A stretch of DNA of 64,000 nt, taken from the NCBI GenBank assembly GCA_964188305.1, contig OZ076888.1. One strand, 5' to 3'. Source of the stretch: Podarcis bocagei. Lineage: Eukaryota. Positions 11,888 to 24,100 of the stretch are shown one piece after another. The notes beneath the pieces were generated by a model. That model worked only from the letters and a program-made list of their open reading frames with translations, was not told where the DNA came from and made no database searches. Position 1 is the first letter of the stretch; the number at the start of each line of letters is the position of its first letter. The position numbers and the translations under genes were made by a program.

Positions 11888-14800
11888 AGGATCTCCTGTG
11901 ACTTTGGTTTCACTCTCAATTTCTTCTCTCCTTCATTTATTTTCTCCAGGATTTTTTTTTCCTTTCCGTTTTGGGTTCTCTTCCTAATTGCATTCTGTTG
12001 TATCAGAAATCCTCTCATAACCGCTTTACTTGCGTCCCAGATTACTCTTTTTTCCACAGTAGTGTTCATATTTATCTCAAAATAGTCTCTCAAAGTTTTT
12101 GGGGCCTTCTTAGTCACTTCCTCATTCCTAAACAAAGTATCATTCATCCTCCATCTAAAGGAAGTGAATAAACAGCTTTCTCCTGTAAAGCTCCAGTGCC
12201 TGCCGAGCTCTCTTCTCTTTCTCTCAGATATCATGGCAAACACATTGTTTTATGAAGTGGAGTCTTGGGCCAGTCCTGCATTTCAATTCCAGCTAGGGGC
12301 CTTGTGAATGTCCATAGCATCACCATTCCTCTACAAATCTCGAGAAAACTCAGCCTTATTCTGAACCTACAATAGCTTCCTACATTTCTCTCATTCTATC
12401 CGTGGCTCAGTTCAGACATCACACCAAACCATGTGCTAACCAGAGCTGAGAACACACACCATGATTTGGGCTTCCAGATGTACAGCAGACAAACCATAGC
12501 TTAGAGTAGAGATGGGGAACCTGCGGCCCTTCATATGTTGGCTGAGACTGAAGCATGGCCCAAAAGGAGCAAGAGCTGCATTCAATCTATCTGGATGCCA
12601 GAGCAGTTGCAAAGGTAGGAGGACGCCACTGTGAGCCGCCATCTTGTATTCCATTTGTCTCTGCCCTTGGCCTTAGAACCTGATTTCAGAACAAGACACA
12701 ATCATGGAGATGTAGAGTAACAAATGTGCATTGAGTGATATCGTGGAGCTTCCATTGAGGGGCATAGGACATGCCTGAGATCAGAGCAGAACAATATTGA
12801 CAGAGTACAGTATATATCTTAATTATTTTCCTCTATCCTTGGATCAATTTTGCTCTCTTGAATACTCCAAAGGAAATTTAACCAGCTGCTAGCACAGCAA
12901 ACCCCACCTAGTATTAGAAAATCAATCTTCAATCTTTATGCTACATAAATAACCAGGAGCAATAAATGTTTAGTGATCAGGCATCAGCAAGCCAATGATG
13001 ATAGCAGGGGAAAAACTTTGCTTCATTTTTATGAATTTATTATGATGACTATTACAGCAGGTAATGGGACATATAAGCAATCTCATGGGGGGAAAATCTT
13101 GTTTTCACTGCGCAGGATAGAAAGTACCTAATGAATTTAAATTAAGGAGGCAGCTTCTAGCCAAATTAAATGATGTGTTCAATATGGAAAATGAAAAAGG
13201 ATATTTTTCTGCTGCTTGAATCCCATATACTTAGGGCTAGATCCACAGTTTAGCACTATAATAGTTCAAGGGAGAGAAAGTGTTATTTGGTTTGTTACTA
13301 CGGAAATATTTGCCTCTTAATTTTGATTTCTTCCTGTCTGCCATTCTAAAAAAATATAACAGATGAGAAGTTTTACAAGATGAATAATCTCGGAGCTGAT
13401 AAGAATATTCAGTGTTTTTAGCTTTTTAGACTTTTAAAAAAGTTTTCATAATTTAGATTTCAGTTTTTTAAATGTTCAAAGTGCTTTAGATTTAATCCTC
13501 AACACACCTTCTATGAAGTCCCATTGGACTCAGTGGGACTTAGCATGATGCCATTGTTTCTGCTTAACATTTACTTCATGTCATTTGTGAGCTAGATTCC
13601 AAGTAGAACGTAGAAAATGATGATGCCCAGAGAGAGATTTAAGTCTACACACATTTGTCTGACAGTTGGATGCATGAGGATGACAGGCTGACTTTTTTGA
13701 AAAATGCCACCTCTATGCTATTTTCGCAAATATAATGTGAGCTGCATCATTTCTGTGCAATGGGGCACAAATATAGATTGGCTTTTTAAAACAACAACAA
13801 AAAACTACTGGAAATGAGCTTGAAAAATTTAATAAAGCAGTATCCATGTGTGTAAATTACTCCTAAGCAGGACTATTGCAAGTGAGACTATCCACTGAAA
13901 AAGCCTGATAATCAATATGGCCAGTAATATTGGTTCAGTGGCAGAAACATCCCAGATGAATCAAAGATAAGCCAAACAAATATCTCTGTCCAGATTCACA
14001 TCTGGTGCTTTACAAGTGCATAGAAGAGTCCATTTCATGACCCAGAGGAAGGGAACCTGAGGATCTCCAGATGTTGTTGGACTACAACTTGCATCATCCC
14101 TAACCATATGCCATGCTAGATGGGGCTGATGGAAGCCAGATTCCAACAATCAGGAGGGCCACAGATCCCTGTTGTAGCCTGCCAGGGTTTTGAATGTTCA
14201 GTCCTGGCCCCTACAGGCCGCCCTACACATCCTTATCTAGGGAGGAATAAATCTGTTGATTTTGATTTTTCTCAAATTCACAATTTTAAGTTCAGTTCTC
14301 AATGTGTATCAAAGTATTATATATGACTTCTCAAAACCACATTCTCCTACAATACACATTTTTGTAATCTATCTTCACTAATACAGGTATACAAGTAATT
14401 TTTTTGCAAGTATTTCCCCCCAATATACTGAGTTTTGTAAATTATTTTATGCAGACTTTCCCCAGCCATATGCATTTTTGGCTGGCTGAATTACTGTATC
14501 ACAAAACTTAGAGAAATGATAATTTCAGAGGGTAGCTGATAGTTTGCATTTTCTTTTGGGATGTGTGAATCACGTAGTTTCTCATTAAAATGCCAGCTGA
14601 ACCAAATGTCTCTCCTCACCCCATCCATCGAGGGTGCTATCTTGTCATCCATGTTGAAAGAAGATTCAATCTCTGGTGTAACCACTTTCTGTACTGTACT
14701 GGAAGCACCACCTTGATTCCAGCAGCAGAATGTATTGGACTGGCGCTGGATAGTACTGTATTCAATTTATGGTGGGTCCTTTGTGAAATTCACCAGCCCT

Positions 14801-17800
14801 GACCACTGACTCCTCCCAGTTTAGCTTAACCTTGCCACTTCTAGCCTTCTGAAAACAATAGCTAAGGGAGATGACATCTGAGGTTAATGGGTCAGAGCCT
14901 TTCTTCTCGCTCATAATTTGGGTACTGGTTTAGATGGGTGTTGGCTCTGAGAGTGCAAATAGTGCAGAATGCAGTGAGCTTGTATAGTCTGATGACAGGT
15001 ACTGGCTATGGAGAGAAATTTAATAGTGACATACCAGGTAAGCAGACTGTTCACCATTCTGAATTCTCTCCATATCATCAAACGGAATACCTGGCTGTAG
15101 AGATTTAACAGATAACTCTTGGAGAATCTCTGATCTGATACTTAAATGCTTCATGAGAATGACAGCAGGCATATTATGCCTGACATTTCCATTTACATCT
15201 ACTACCTGGGGGGAAGATAGAAATCAGCCATTTGGCTTTTGTTATGAAGGAAAAAAAAATACATATATTACTATTGAATCTTGGAGATTATTTTAGCCTG
15301 TAGGGGATCAGATAAAAAAACACTTCTAACATTTGTTGCTTGCCTAAGCAACCGCTAAGAAGATTCAGCAGTGGCATTCCTTTGCTGGCAACTATATAGA
15401 CACCTTTTTAGTAATTAAGGCAAAGATCACACAACACAAAAAGACGCCAAAAATATTACAGAAGAAAAAAGGCATGGAATACTCCTAGATACAGAATTAT
15501 TTATTGCTTTATATGTGTTCAGTTAATGCTGGAATATGTGGCATGCCTAGTTATCCCTGCATCTACAAGTGTTACATTCTAGGTTTGGAATACTTGTATT
15601 ACTTGTCTCAAGCAGAAGATCTAAAACTTCCACCTGCAGATGACTTGAAAATGACTAGAGTCTCAGCAGACCACTTCATATTTTCCCTTCAGCAATGGCA
15701 TTTTCATCAAAAGCAGTGCTGTGTTATGAATATCACACTAGGCTAGGCTGCTTAGAAAGTCCCCTTTAGCCGGAACATTTCGAGGGGGAAATTAGTAGGC
15801 TGCAGTGATGCCATATTATGAGAAATCACAGGGCCTGTTTCACCAATCTGGCCCTGTAAAAATGGGCTAGATCTCTCTTGTTAGACAAAATAAATCAGGT
15901 GTGCCACCAACTAGACATTCTCAGTTGTTCCATAACCTTTCCACAGCTCACCTGATTGGAGATCACAGCCTGGAGCCTATGCACCTCTATTCCACAGGCA
16001 CCCAGTGAATAAATCTAGAAAGCCCCATTGCACTGCTGTGGAGGACCACAGTTATTTTGTTGACTACTGTTTTCATGAAGTCTTCATTAGTAAAGAAAAA
16101 ACAGAAGCTATGATATAGGAATCAAACTAAAAACTGAGATTATATGCCTTACTGAATATGTTGTAGCTATTTCAGTTGATTTCAGGTAGACTATTTTATG
16201 CTTCAGCAGCAAACCTTTAACGAGACAACAGCTGGCTTTAAACACTGGAGGATGTTACATGCATGCATGGTATATCAACTATGCCCCAAGAAATCAGAGC
16301 CTCCTTAATCCCCCCACCTTTTTTAGTATACTGTGATTATAACTTTTCATCCACATCTGAGTATAATTACATGCCCAATTGGAAGTGTGTTTGTCTAGCA
16401 GGCCTGAGACTAGGGTCTCTATAGGAACACCTTTTGCTTGTTCAGACCCAGAAACCTCCCCCCTAAATAAATTCACACATCACTCAAATTTTGGTTTGGG
16501 TTTTTGGCAGAATTTAGGCCACAACTTTATTGATTACAGAAAGTGACTGGTTGCACAGACTCTGGTTTGACTAGCTCCCTGCCTTGCAGGTAGCGCTGAC
16601 CCGGGGCACCAGCATTGGTCAGCCAAGGGTGAACATCTGGATAAACGGAAAGCCGGGAATGGGCTAACTCTGCCACCCAAATGTCCCCCTGGACTCAGGC
16701 AAGGGCACAACCCCCTCTCAGGGGTTGACCAAACCATCGAGCCCCTGGATTCCTTTAATGGAATACCCTTCACATAGGGATGGCGAGAGGATTTTCCCAT
16801 CCCTATCACCTGAACCAGAGCCTATCCGCAACCTTACAAATTGTGATGATTTGCTATGTGGCAGGCGAAACCCAAATGGCAACAGCCAATCAGCCAAGTG
16901 GGGAAAATTCCTGCCGTGCCCCTGTCCCAATGACAGACGACACACGACGGCATAGCAAGGCCAAGCGCAAAGCCCTAAAGGTAGGGAGAGGTGGGTGGGT
17001 GTTCCTAATGCACGTGCCAAAAGAGGAAGCTCTTGTTCACGTGCAAGGGCATAATTAGGTGCCTCAAACCATTTGCACTGTGTCCCACTGGCCAGATTGC
17101 ACCCAGCTTTGAGGGACCTACCAATCGGGTGTTGAGGCTGACCAATTGTACCCACCCACAACACAGGGTGTCAGTTTTCCAGGTCTCACCACAATACGTG
17201 CCCTCTTTAAGGGAGGACCCAATTTCCCCTCCCCAAGAAATCTGCCCATTGACCAGGGGCGATGCATCCAATTTTGTTGTGTGAAGCAAAATAGGAAGGT
17301 GCCACCCTGCCATCACTGCCCCGCTGCTGAAACCTCTGGCTGCCAAAGCCTCCCCCTTACCTAGATTGCGTGGCTGCAGCTGCAAAGCGGCAACAGTGAG
17401 CTCCAGCACATCTCACAGAGCCTACAAGATCTCATGATATTTTGGTGAGCTTCTGCAAGAGTTCACTGGTAGCCACTATCACCACTGCTTTTCCGCAAGT
17501 GGGGTGGTCTACAGGGCCATCACCTCTTAGGGTTCTGCTGGCCAAGGCGCCTGCTTCAGCCTGCCTCATGGTCAGCCTGGCCCTGCCATTGATTGAAATG
17601 CTGCCCCGTTCTCAGAAGTTAAACAGGTGGCCATTTTGTTTGTGGCACCCTGGCTTTGGGACACTCTCCTCACAAGAAGGCTCACCTACCACCTGCTCTG
17701 CTCTTTTATCTGCTAGGGCAGCGGTGGGCAATGCGTGACCCTCCAGGTATTGTTGGACTCCAACTCCCATGAGCCCGAGGCAGCATGGCCAGTGGCTGGG

Positions 17801-19089
17801 GATGATGGGAGACCCAGTCCAACAGCATATGGTGAGCCACAGGCTCCTTATGCCTTTGCCGGGTGGATATTCCCTAGTTGAAGAGAGTCTTAGCAATATT
17901 TATTGGCATTTTATGGTTTTATGGTTGATTTATCATTTTATATGTTTAATGTGAGCTACCTTGGACAATTAATCAGAAAGACAGGATGTAAATGTGTTCG
18001 TTAAATAAAATATATAAAACCTCTGCTGGTTTCAGTGTGGGATATTGGGTGTTATAAATGTGTATGAGGGGGAGAGAGGGAGTGCCATGCTTGAAGTTTT
18101 TCTTGGGAATTTAGCAGGATTATTCTCTCTTCCAAGGTGCCTTTATTTTGCGACTTTTAATATTCCAGTATTATTATCTACACATGTTCTATCTTTATGC
18201 AGTACATTAGAATCAAGATGTTGGGTGATGGGGCGAAGGATTTTACATATTTTAAGGAGAAAAGCAATACAAGCACAATCATGTCCAGGCATTTGTGGTC
18301 AAGACACTGCTTCTTGCAGTCAGCAGCCAAACTAAACGTGACATTAGTTACAGGAATTACGTAATGTGCATGGTTTCCCCAATGTAAATAGCTAATATGG
18401 GGGTGAAGAGCAGGAGTTTTACTGTGGCAGGCAGGACAACTTTACCCTTTCCTCCCAACTCTCTGATCCCAATGAAAATTGTGCTCACTCTCCAGCCCAA
18501 GAGCTGCTATTTGCCCTGGAACCAAATATTCTGTTGGCTATCTTTTAGAAAACCAGTGAAGAGTTTGAGTGCTATAGTCGAAAACTGCATGCAAAAGCTC
18601 ACACAAGATGCTATTTTCCTGGTGTGAGGGTCCTGATTCTCATATTCCCAATTCAGCCCTTGTCGAAATTTTTTGACCAGAGGGATGAAAACCCAAACAG
18701 TGAGGCTATGGTGACCTAGGTTCAAGTCTCAATTCACCCATGAAGCATGCAGAGCACATCGGGACAGCCATTCTTTCACATGCTAGCCTACCTCATAGGG
18801 TTGTTGTGGGAACAAAAATGGAAGGAGAGAGTGGAAGCATGATTATGAAGCTAATAAATCAATCAATGCTGATTGGGTATTTTCTTTTTTTTTGGGGGGG
18901 GGTACTTCTTCTGAAAGATTTTTGCCTTATTTAGAACTCTTCCTGGCAGGGCTTCTGTGTCAGGGGAACAGAAAGCAAACCATTCATCCAAGAAAGCTTT
19001 CCTGATGCCTGCCTGCTGAAAGCTTTACCTGCTCCATCTCTGCCTGTGATGCTGCGCTACGCAGGCTTGACAGGAGCGCTAGCCCTTAT

Positions 19090-20120
19090 TCCACCACCTT
19101 GCAACCCCGTAAACATAACGGGTGATTTTTCACGCCGTACTACACACTGAATGAGCGTTGGCATTTCGCTCCTGGGTAACGCGTCTCTCCGGGCGAAAAT
19201 GGGCAACTCCGGATGCTGATCAAGAGAGCCAAGGAGATCCTGCCAGAGGGGAATCTCCCGAGCTGGTGGGCGGGAGGCGGAGAGGCAGGAGAGCGTCGGA
19301 CCACTAGAGGCAGGCAACAGATAGTTTTCCTCGACGGGGAGGGGCATGGAAACCCCCCAGGATCCCTTCAGCCCAGACTGCTCTCGGAAGCGAAAGGCGT
19401 CTCTTCTGCCAGGCGTGCTTGGAGCGAGACTGCGAGAGGAAAGGGAGTCCCGGCCAGAAGGCGAAGAGCGGCAGCGCCGGGTGGGCAGCGCGGGAGAGTC
19501 AGCAGCAGCTCCAAGAGGCCAGCGCGCCGTCGCCGACGCCGCAGTCGCGGCTGCCGTCTAGGGCGCAGGCTGCACTCCCGGGCGCTTGGCTGGCGCTTGG
19601 CATGGACTCGGAGCGCCGCGCTGGACTCGGCTGGCCACGGAGGGCTCCGGAGAGACGCCGCGCTTGGGCTGAGGTTCTCACCTCCCTGTTGCCTCTTTCC
19701 ATGGGATTAAAACCAAGGTGGTGAAGCAGCCGCCGGCCGAGTGGATCGGACCTCTCACCTGCCTCCACACCACCATCACCCCCCCCCCCAAAGCCCGTCT
19801 TCTCTTTGGACCGAGCCATGTGGGACCTCGCTCTAGAGGTGGGGATACGGGTCCTGCTCTTCGGCGTCTTCATGTAAGTAGCCAAGGAAGTTTCCTCTAG
19901 ACGGCGGCTCGGCTCGCCAGTGCGCACCAACCGAGTATTATTATTATTTATTATTATTTTTAAAAGCTCCGTTGCCAAAGCCGGGGAGAGTTGGAGGGGA
20001 GGGGATAGACTAGATGGCCTTTGGGTGCAGCCAACCCGGGAGGACTGTGGCAGCGGGAGGGAGAGGCTCTAGCTGAGCGCCCTACCCGTCAAGGTGGTCA
20101 GGGAGGACCTGCGGTACTGA
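19090..20120 (+). promoter_or_regulatory. PLPP4: CpG island / promoter and 5' UTR of PLPP4
   Basis: Abrupt rise in GC and CpG density around the first coding exon, against an AT-rich, CpG-poor background. The exact TSS cannot be determined. Confidence 0.85.
19818..19873 (+). CDS. PLPP4: PLPP4 coding exon 1 (MWDLALEVGIRVLLFGVF + AT, phase 2)
   Basis: GCCATG start inside a CpG island; 56 nt then a GTAAGT donor at 19874. The translation matches the recalled vertebrate PLPP4 N-terminus (MRELAIEIGVRALLFGVFV). Confidence 0.93.
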
Positions 20121-20934
20121 AAGCTTCCCAAAATGAACTTGCCTCCCCTTAAAGCCTTACTCTAACCAAAGGGTACCCTATTTTTTTAACTTTAACTTAA
20201 AAGTCTTTTTCTAGACACCCCCAGCCCAATATGCGAAGTCTGCTTGTGGTCACATGGTAGGAAAAGAAATGCACTCTGCACGCGCTCAGACACCTTTCTC
20301 AGAGGTGTCTCTGCGTGCTCCAGAGTTAAGTCCTGTCACTGGAAACAGGCAGCCCTGGCACAAACGTATCCTGCCGCACAGAACGTGTTTTTCACTCCGA
20401 AAGCTGCCTGAGGGGAGGGGTGTTAAAATGCTCCCAACAGTAAAACATTGACACAGCCGGCCATTGGTTGGTGCAGTTTGTTCCACAGGGGGAAAAGAAA
20501 TAAAATATTTTCTTCTTCTTCTCATGAAAATTAATAATTCTGAAGAATTTGTAAAACAGCACCATCTAGATAATGGAACATGATTGCAACGTGTGGCTGC
20601 AAAGTGTCCCTCTGTATAAGTTCTGTTCATTATCTGCTGGGAATGGTTTAGAAGGGGAGGAGGGGATCAACACCAGGAGAAATCCCGTTTTTGTTCCTCA
20701 ATATTTGTGCCTTTCTCTGCTTGACTTACAGTGCAGTCCGGTGCATGTTCTCCCAAAATTAAGCCCCATGACCAGCACTGTATTTGTTCTATGGCTTGTT
20801 TAAATCCCCCCCCCTTAAAAATAAATAAATCATTGTTAATGGCTCACTTTAGTATCCTATCCATACTTTCAATTCTCCCTCAACCTGCTTCAACTTTTCT
20901 GTTCCTTCTCTTCTCCTCATTATAACTTTCGGTT

Positions 20935-21005
20935 GCGATCCTATGCCCACTTACAAGGGAGTAAGCCCTACTGAACCCAGTGGCATTAACTTCCGAGTTA
21001 ACATA
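20935..21005. repeat. ~80-bp palindromic short interspersed repeat
   Basis: GC.ATCCTATG...GGGAGTAAG.CC.A.TGAA...ACTT.CGAGT motif recurs at about 21187-21272, 32555-32680, 35885-35963, 55700-56150 (split by a SINE) and 61825-61900. Confidence 0.55.
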
Positions 21006-21165
21006 GGAAGCTGGCTTATACTGAGTCAGACCATTGGTCCATCTAGCTCAGTACTGCCTTCACTGACTGGCAGTAGCTCTCCAGGGTTTTTACCAGCCCT
21101 CCCTGGAGATGCCCGCGATTAGACATAGGACCTTCTGCATGCTCTAACCCTAAGCTGCAGCCCTT
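21005..21165 (-). mobile_element. tRNA-derived SINE with CR1-like tail (Squam2-like)
   Basis: AGGAAGCTG.CTTATACTGAGTCAGACCATTGGTCCATCTAGCTCAG; relatives at about 3175-3312 (+) and 24880-25020 (-). Confidence 0.7.
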
Positions 21166-24100
21166 TCCCAACATGCTGTAAGGTGGCAGCCCTATGGCTG
21201 CTTACCCCAGAATATGTCCCATTGACGTCAGTGAAACTTACTTTTTGAGTAGTCATGCATAGGCTTGTAGTGTAAAAAAAATGTACAGATAGTGATAAAT
21301 AGCACCAAGGTTGCTAGCAGAGTTGTTTATTTCAATTCCTCACTCCACCAAGGATAGAAAAAAGCATGCTTGCTTTGACCAGTTGAACAACATCAAGGAA
21401 TCTTGACCTGAGAGGCCAGGTGCTGCAGTGAGGCTTGGTTTATATGCTCTCTTCTCTCCTCCTTGCCTGTGCCAGGAATCTGCTGAATAGGTTCCTCCTG
21501 CCTTTTGCTGGAAGCTGACAAGAGGGAGAAAGATGACTGTGATTTGGGAAATGGGGGGGGGGGGGACAGAAGAAAACAGGTTTTTGTCCTGCTGCCTCCA
21601 CAGCTTCCCTGCACCACTGCTGCTTCTTAATTGGCTGGGACGTTAGTGTTGTTAGTGTTGCATGTTTGATAATTGTAAAGGATCTTGGACACTTGTGCTG
21701 ACTAATTTCCACCAAGTGTTTGGCTTTTGTAGTGCATGCTGTAGCTTGGAAGTAGTAGAAAACAGCTGCTGAATCTCATCTTCTTCTTCTTTTAAAAAAG
21801 AAAGTGAATCAGCTGTATTTGGTGCCTTGTTTTGTCTTTTTTTCCCTTGCAGGGTGGAGGAGGACATGTTATGTAACATAACTTAAAAATGGTGCAGGGT
21901 CTATTTTGCTCAAAGGGACTCTGGAGCTAAAAAAGGAATCTTGTGTGCATTTATGAATGATTTGTCACATTTCTTGTTTTTAAACAAAAACTCACCCTTC
22001 TGTACCCTACCTTTCTTAGAAGAGGCAAACCACCTTTCTCTAGGGGGGGGGAATTATGTAGCAGATTCCCCCCCCCATAGGGAACACACTTGGCTTTCAC
22101 TTTACAGCCTTGAAATGCCACACAGCAGTTGGCAACCCTTATGATCATATTTGGGATTCTCCTTTCCGTTGAAACCTGCAGCATGGACTAAGGATTTGAA
22201 GGGCACGTATTCAGCACAAAGTAAAAGAACAATGCAAATCTGTTTAAATAACTTCTCACAAGTGTTTCGTTCGGCAAGGCTACCTTAAGGAGCTTCCAAA
22301 GTAACATTAAGGGCTTGCTCCAATGACTGGATGCGAGATTTCCCCGTACTCCCTCCTTTGCCTGTTAATACCAGCCTTCACCCTCCAGATACACTGATCA
22401 GAAAAGCTTATGGTACAATTTTGTTTGGATCAACTTTTTATTAAGTTAGTGCATGCTGAAAGTGTTCACTTTTATGCTGCTAAGCCTGGAAGGATTTGCA
22501 GTGCACATTTTGTGATTTCTGTTCTGTGTGTCAGTAGAATATTTGTTTGACTATAGAGAAAGCAAAGGTGTTGACCCATAATAAATATCCACATTAGGGA
22601 TTTTTATTAGGCCAATCAATATGTTACAAAATAGTGTGTATGCTTTCAGTTAAATATTCTGAATAGTCCTGCCTGGTTGCTGAGCGCAGGAGCCAAAACT
22701 GATGAGAGGGAGGAGAAAGACTCCCTTTCTATGGGATCTCCCCTTCTTCCTTTTTAAAAAAAGACCTCCCTCTGGTACAACTAAAAATGACAGATAGGGT
22801 GTTAAAAAGGTTGCAGTTTGAAATGCGCCATAAGAAAACCCAATGCAGGGAAATCTTCACAGAATTGTACTGTAGGCTATGAAAGGAAAAGAAAACATTA
22901 ATGTTCCAGTTTGAATTGGCTACCACATCAGATGGTTGTGTGCGGAAACATGTAAATAGTGTAGTAAGACACCAAGTGCGGGGTTTAACTAGGGTCACTT
23001 TCATTTGCTTCATTGTAGGATCTGAATGGGTGGAAAACATATGTGGGGATAAACTTCAATCCTTCTAACAGGGAAATAAAGCAGATATAACTGGATGAAA
23101 CTCTCCTGCCAAGGAAAGAAGTAGTGAAATATATTCCCTATCCCCCAGGCAACACCTTTCAAGTGAGGAGGAAGGTCTTCCTTTCTCCTCTCTCCTTGGT
23201 GCCTTGTAGCTCTGAGTGGGTGATACAGGTTAGCCCCCCCCCCCCAAATGATACATATGGTGCTCCTGGGTCTCGCAGCCCTGAGTGGAAGCCTCAGGAA
23301 TCACCGTTCACCTGCAAAAATGTCTCAGGGTGCCTACCTGTTCCTGCACATACCTGCCAAGCCATCAAATACAGCCAACCTATTTAACTTGGGCCCCTCA
23401 CTAACGGTCAGTCTTCAGAGTAGAAAAAAATAAAAGCCATTCTTCCAGGCCAATCAAAGCATGGGACAAAAAGATTCCCATTCAACTCTTTGAAACCAGC
23501 CAGCAAATTCTATACTGCATATAGGGAGAGTGAGATCGTTGTTGGTCAGAAGCTGTGAGGAACACCTCTAGGTGGGGCATGCTTAAAGCTATTGCTTTCT
23601 CTTCCCACAAGCTGGCACGCTGCCCATCAGTGCTTCCTGGAAGCATCAGATGTACTCACCAAGTCCTTTCCAGATGAGATAAGCATGGTTGTATGCATAC
23701 ATAGATATCCTTTTCTAAATGGGAGTGAATGAGTTTAAGATTGGGATGCAATATAAGGGAAGACAGATGGAACAGCTACAGTCTTCAACCCAGGTGAAGA
23801 AAAGGGGAAATCCCCTTCCCCCCATTCTAAAATCCCAAGTGGTTTGGTTTGTGGATTGGGTTGGCAGTTTAGAACCCCTGAGTGTGTTGACTGGGGCTGA
23901 TGGGAGATGGAGTTCAACAGCATGCAAAGGTTTGTTGGCTACCCTCAGAGAATATGATCCTGTTAACATTGAAGGTGAGACTAGAGTTACTTCAGAAGAA
24001 TGGAAGGTGGCAAAATTCTTACTTCGGGAGCAAGACTGTTGCTGCATTAAAGTGAACAAGTAGGGGGGGGTACACTCCTGAGATGTTTCATGCATTTCCA

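Larger units (their letters stand above)
9071..12160 (-). pseudogene. Disrupted L1 ORF2 (reverse transcriptase)
   Basis: 796-aa open stretch plus flanking pieces; broken by an insertion at 11777-11887 and by frameshifts near 9345 and 9075. Confidence 0.9.
8636..12161 (-). mobile_element. 5'-truncated L1-clade LINE (ORF2 from end of endonuclease through RT and cysteine-rich domain, 3' UTR, polyA)
   Basis: ORF 9343..11733 has KSPGPDG, YRPISLLNVDYKI, GTRQGCPISPLLF, FADD and CWKC...H....C; WRMN motif near 12150. AATAAA and A-tail on the minus strand at about 8636-8665. TSD AAGTGAATAA(G/A)CAGCTTT at 8618-8635 and 12162-12179. Confidence 0.95.

Noticed and set aside
19213-19710. 165-aa Arg/Gly/Ala-rich ORF and other overlapping ORFs in the CpG island
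   Set aside because: Low-complexity translation expected from GC-rich, stop-poor promoter DNA; no recognisable domain; non-ATG start.
21820-21900. Strong orphan splice acceptor (polypyrimidine tract + GCAG ending 21852)
   Set aside because: No convincing donor or PLPP4-like coding sequence follows, and exons 1 and 2 already join in phase.
23719-24063. 114-aa ATG-initiated ORF in intron 1
   Set aside because: No recognisable homology or splice context; length is compatible with chance.
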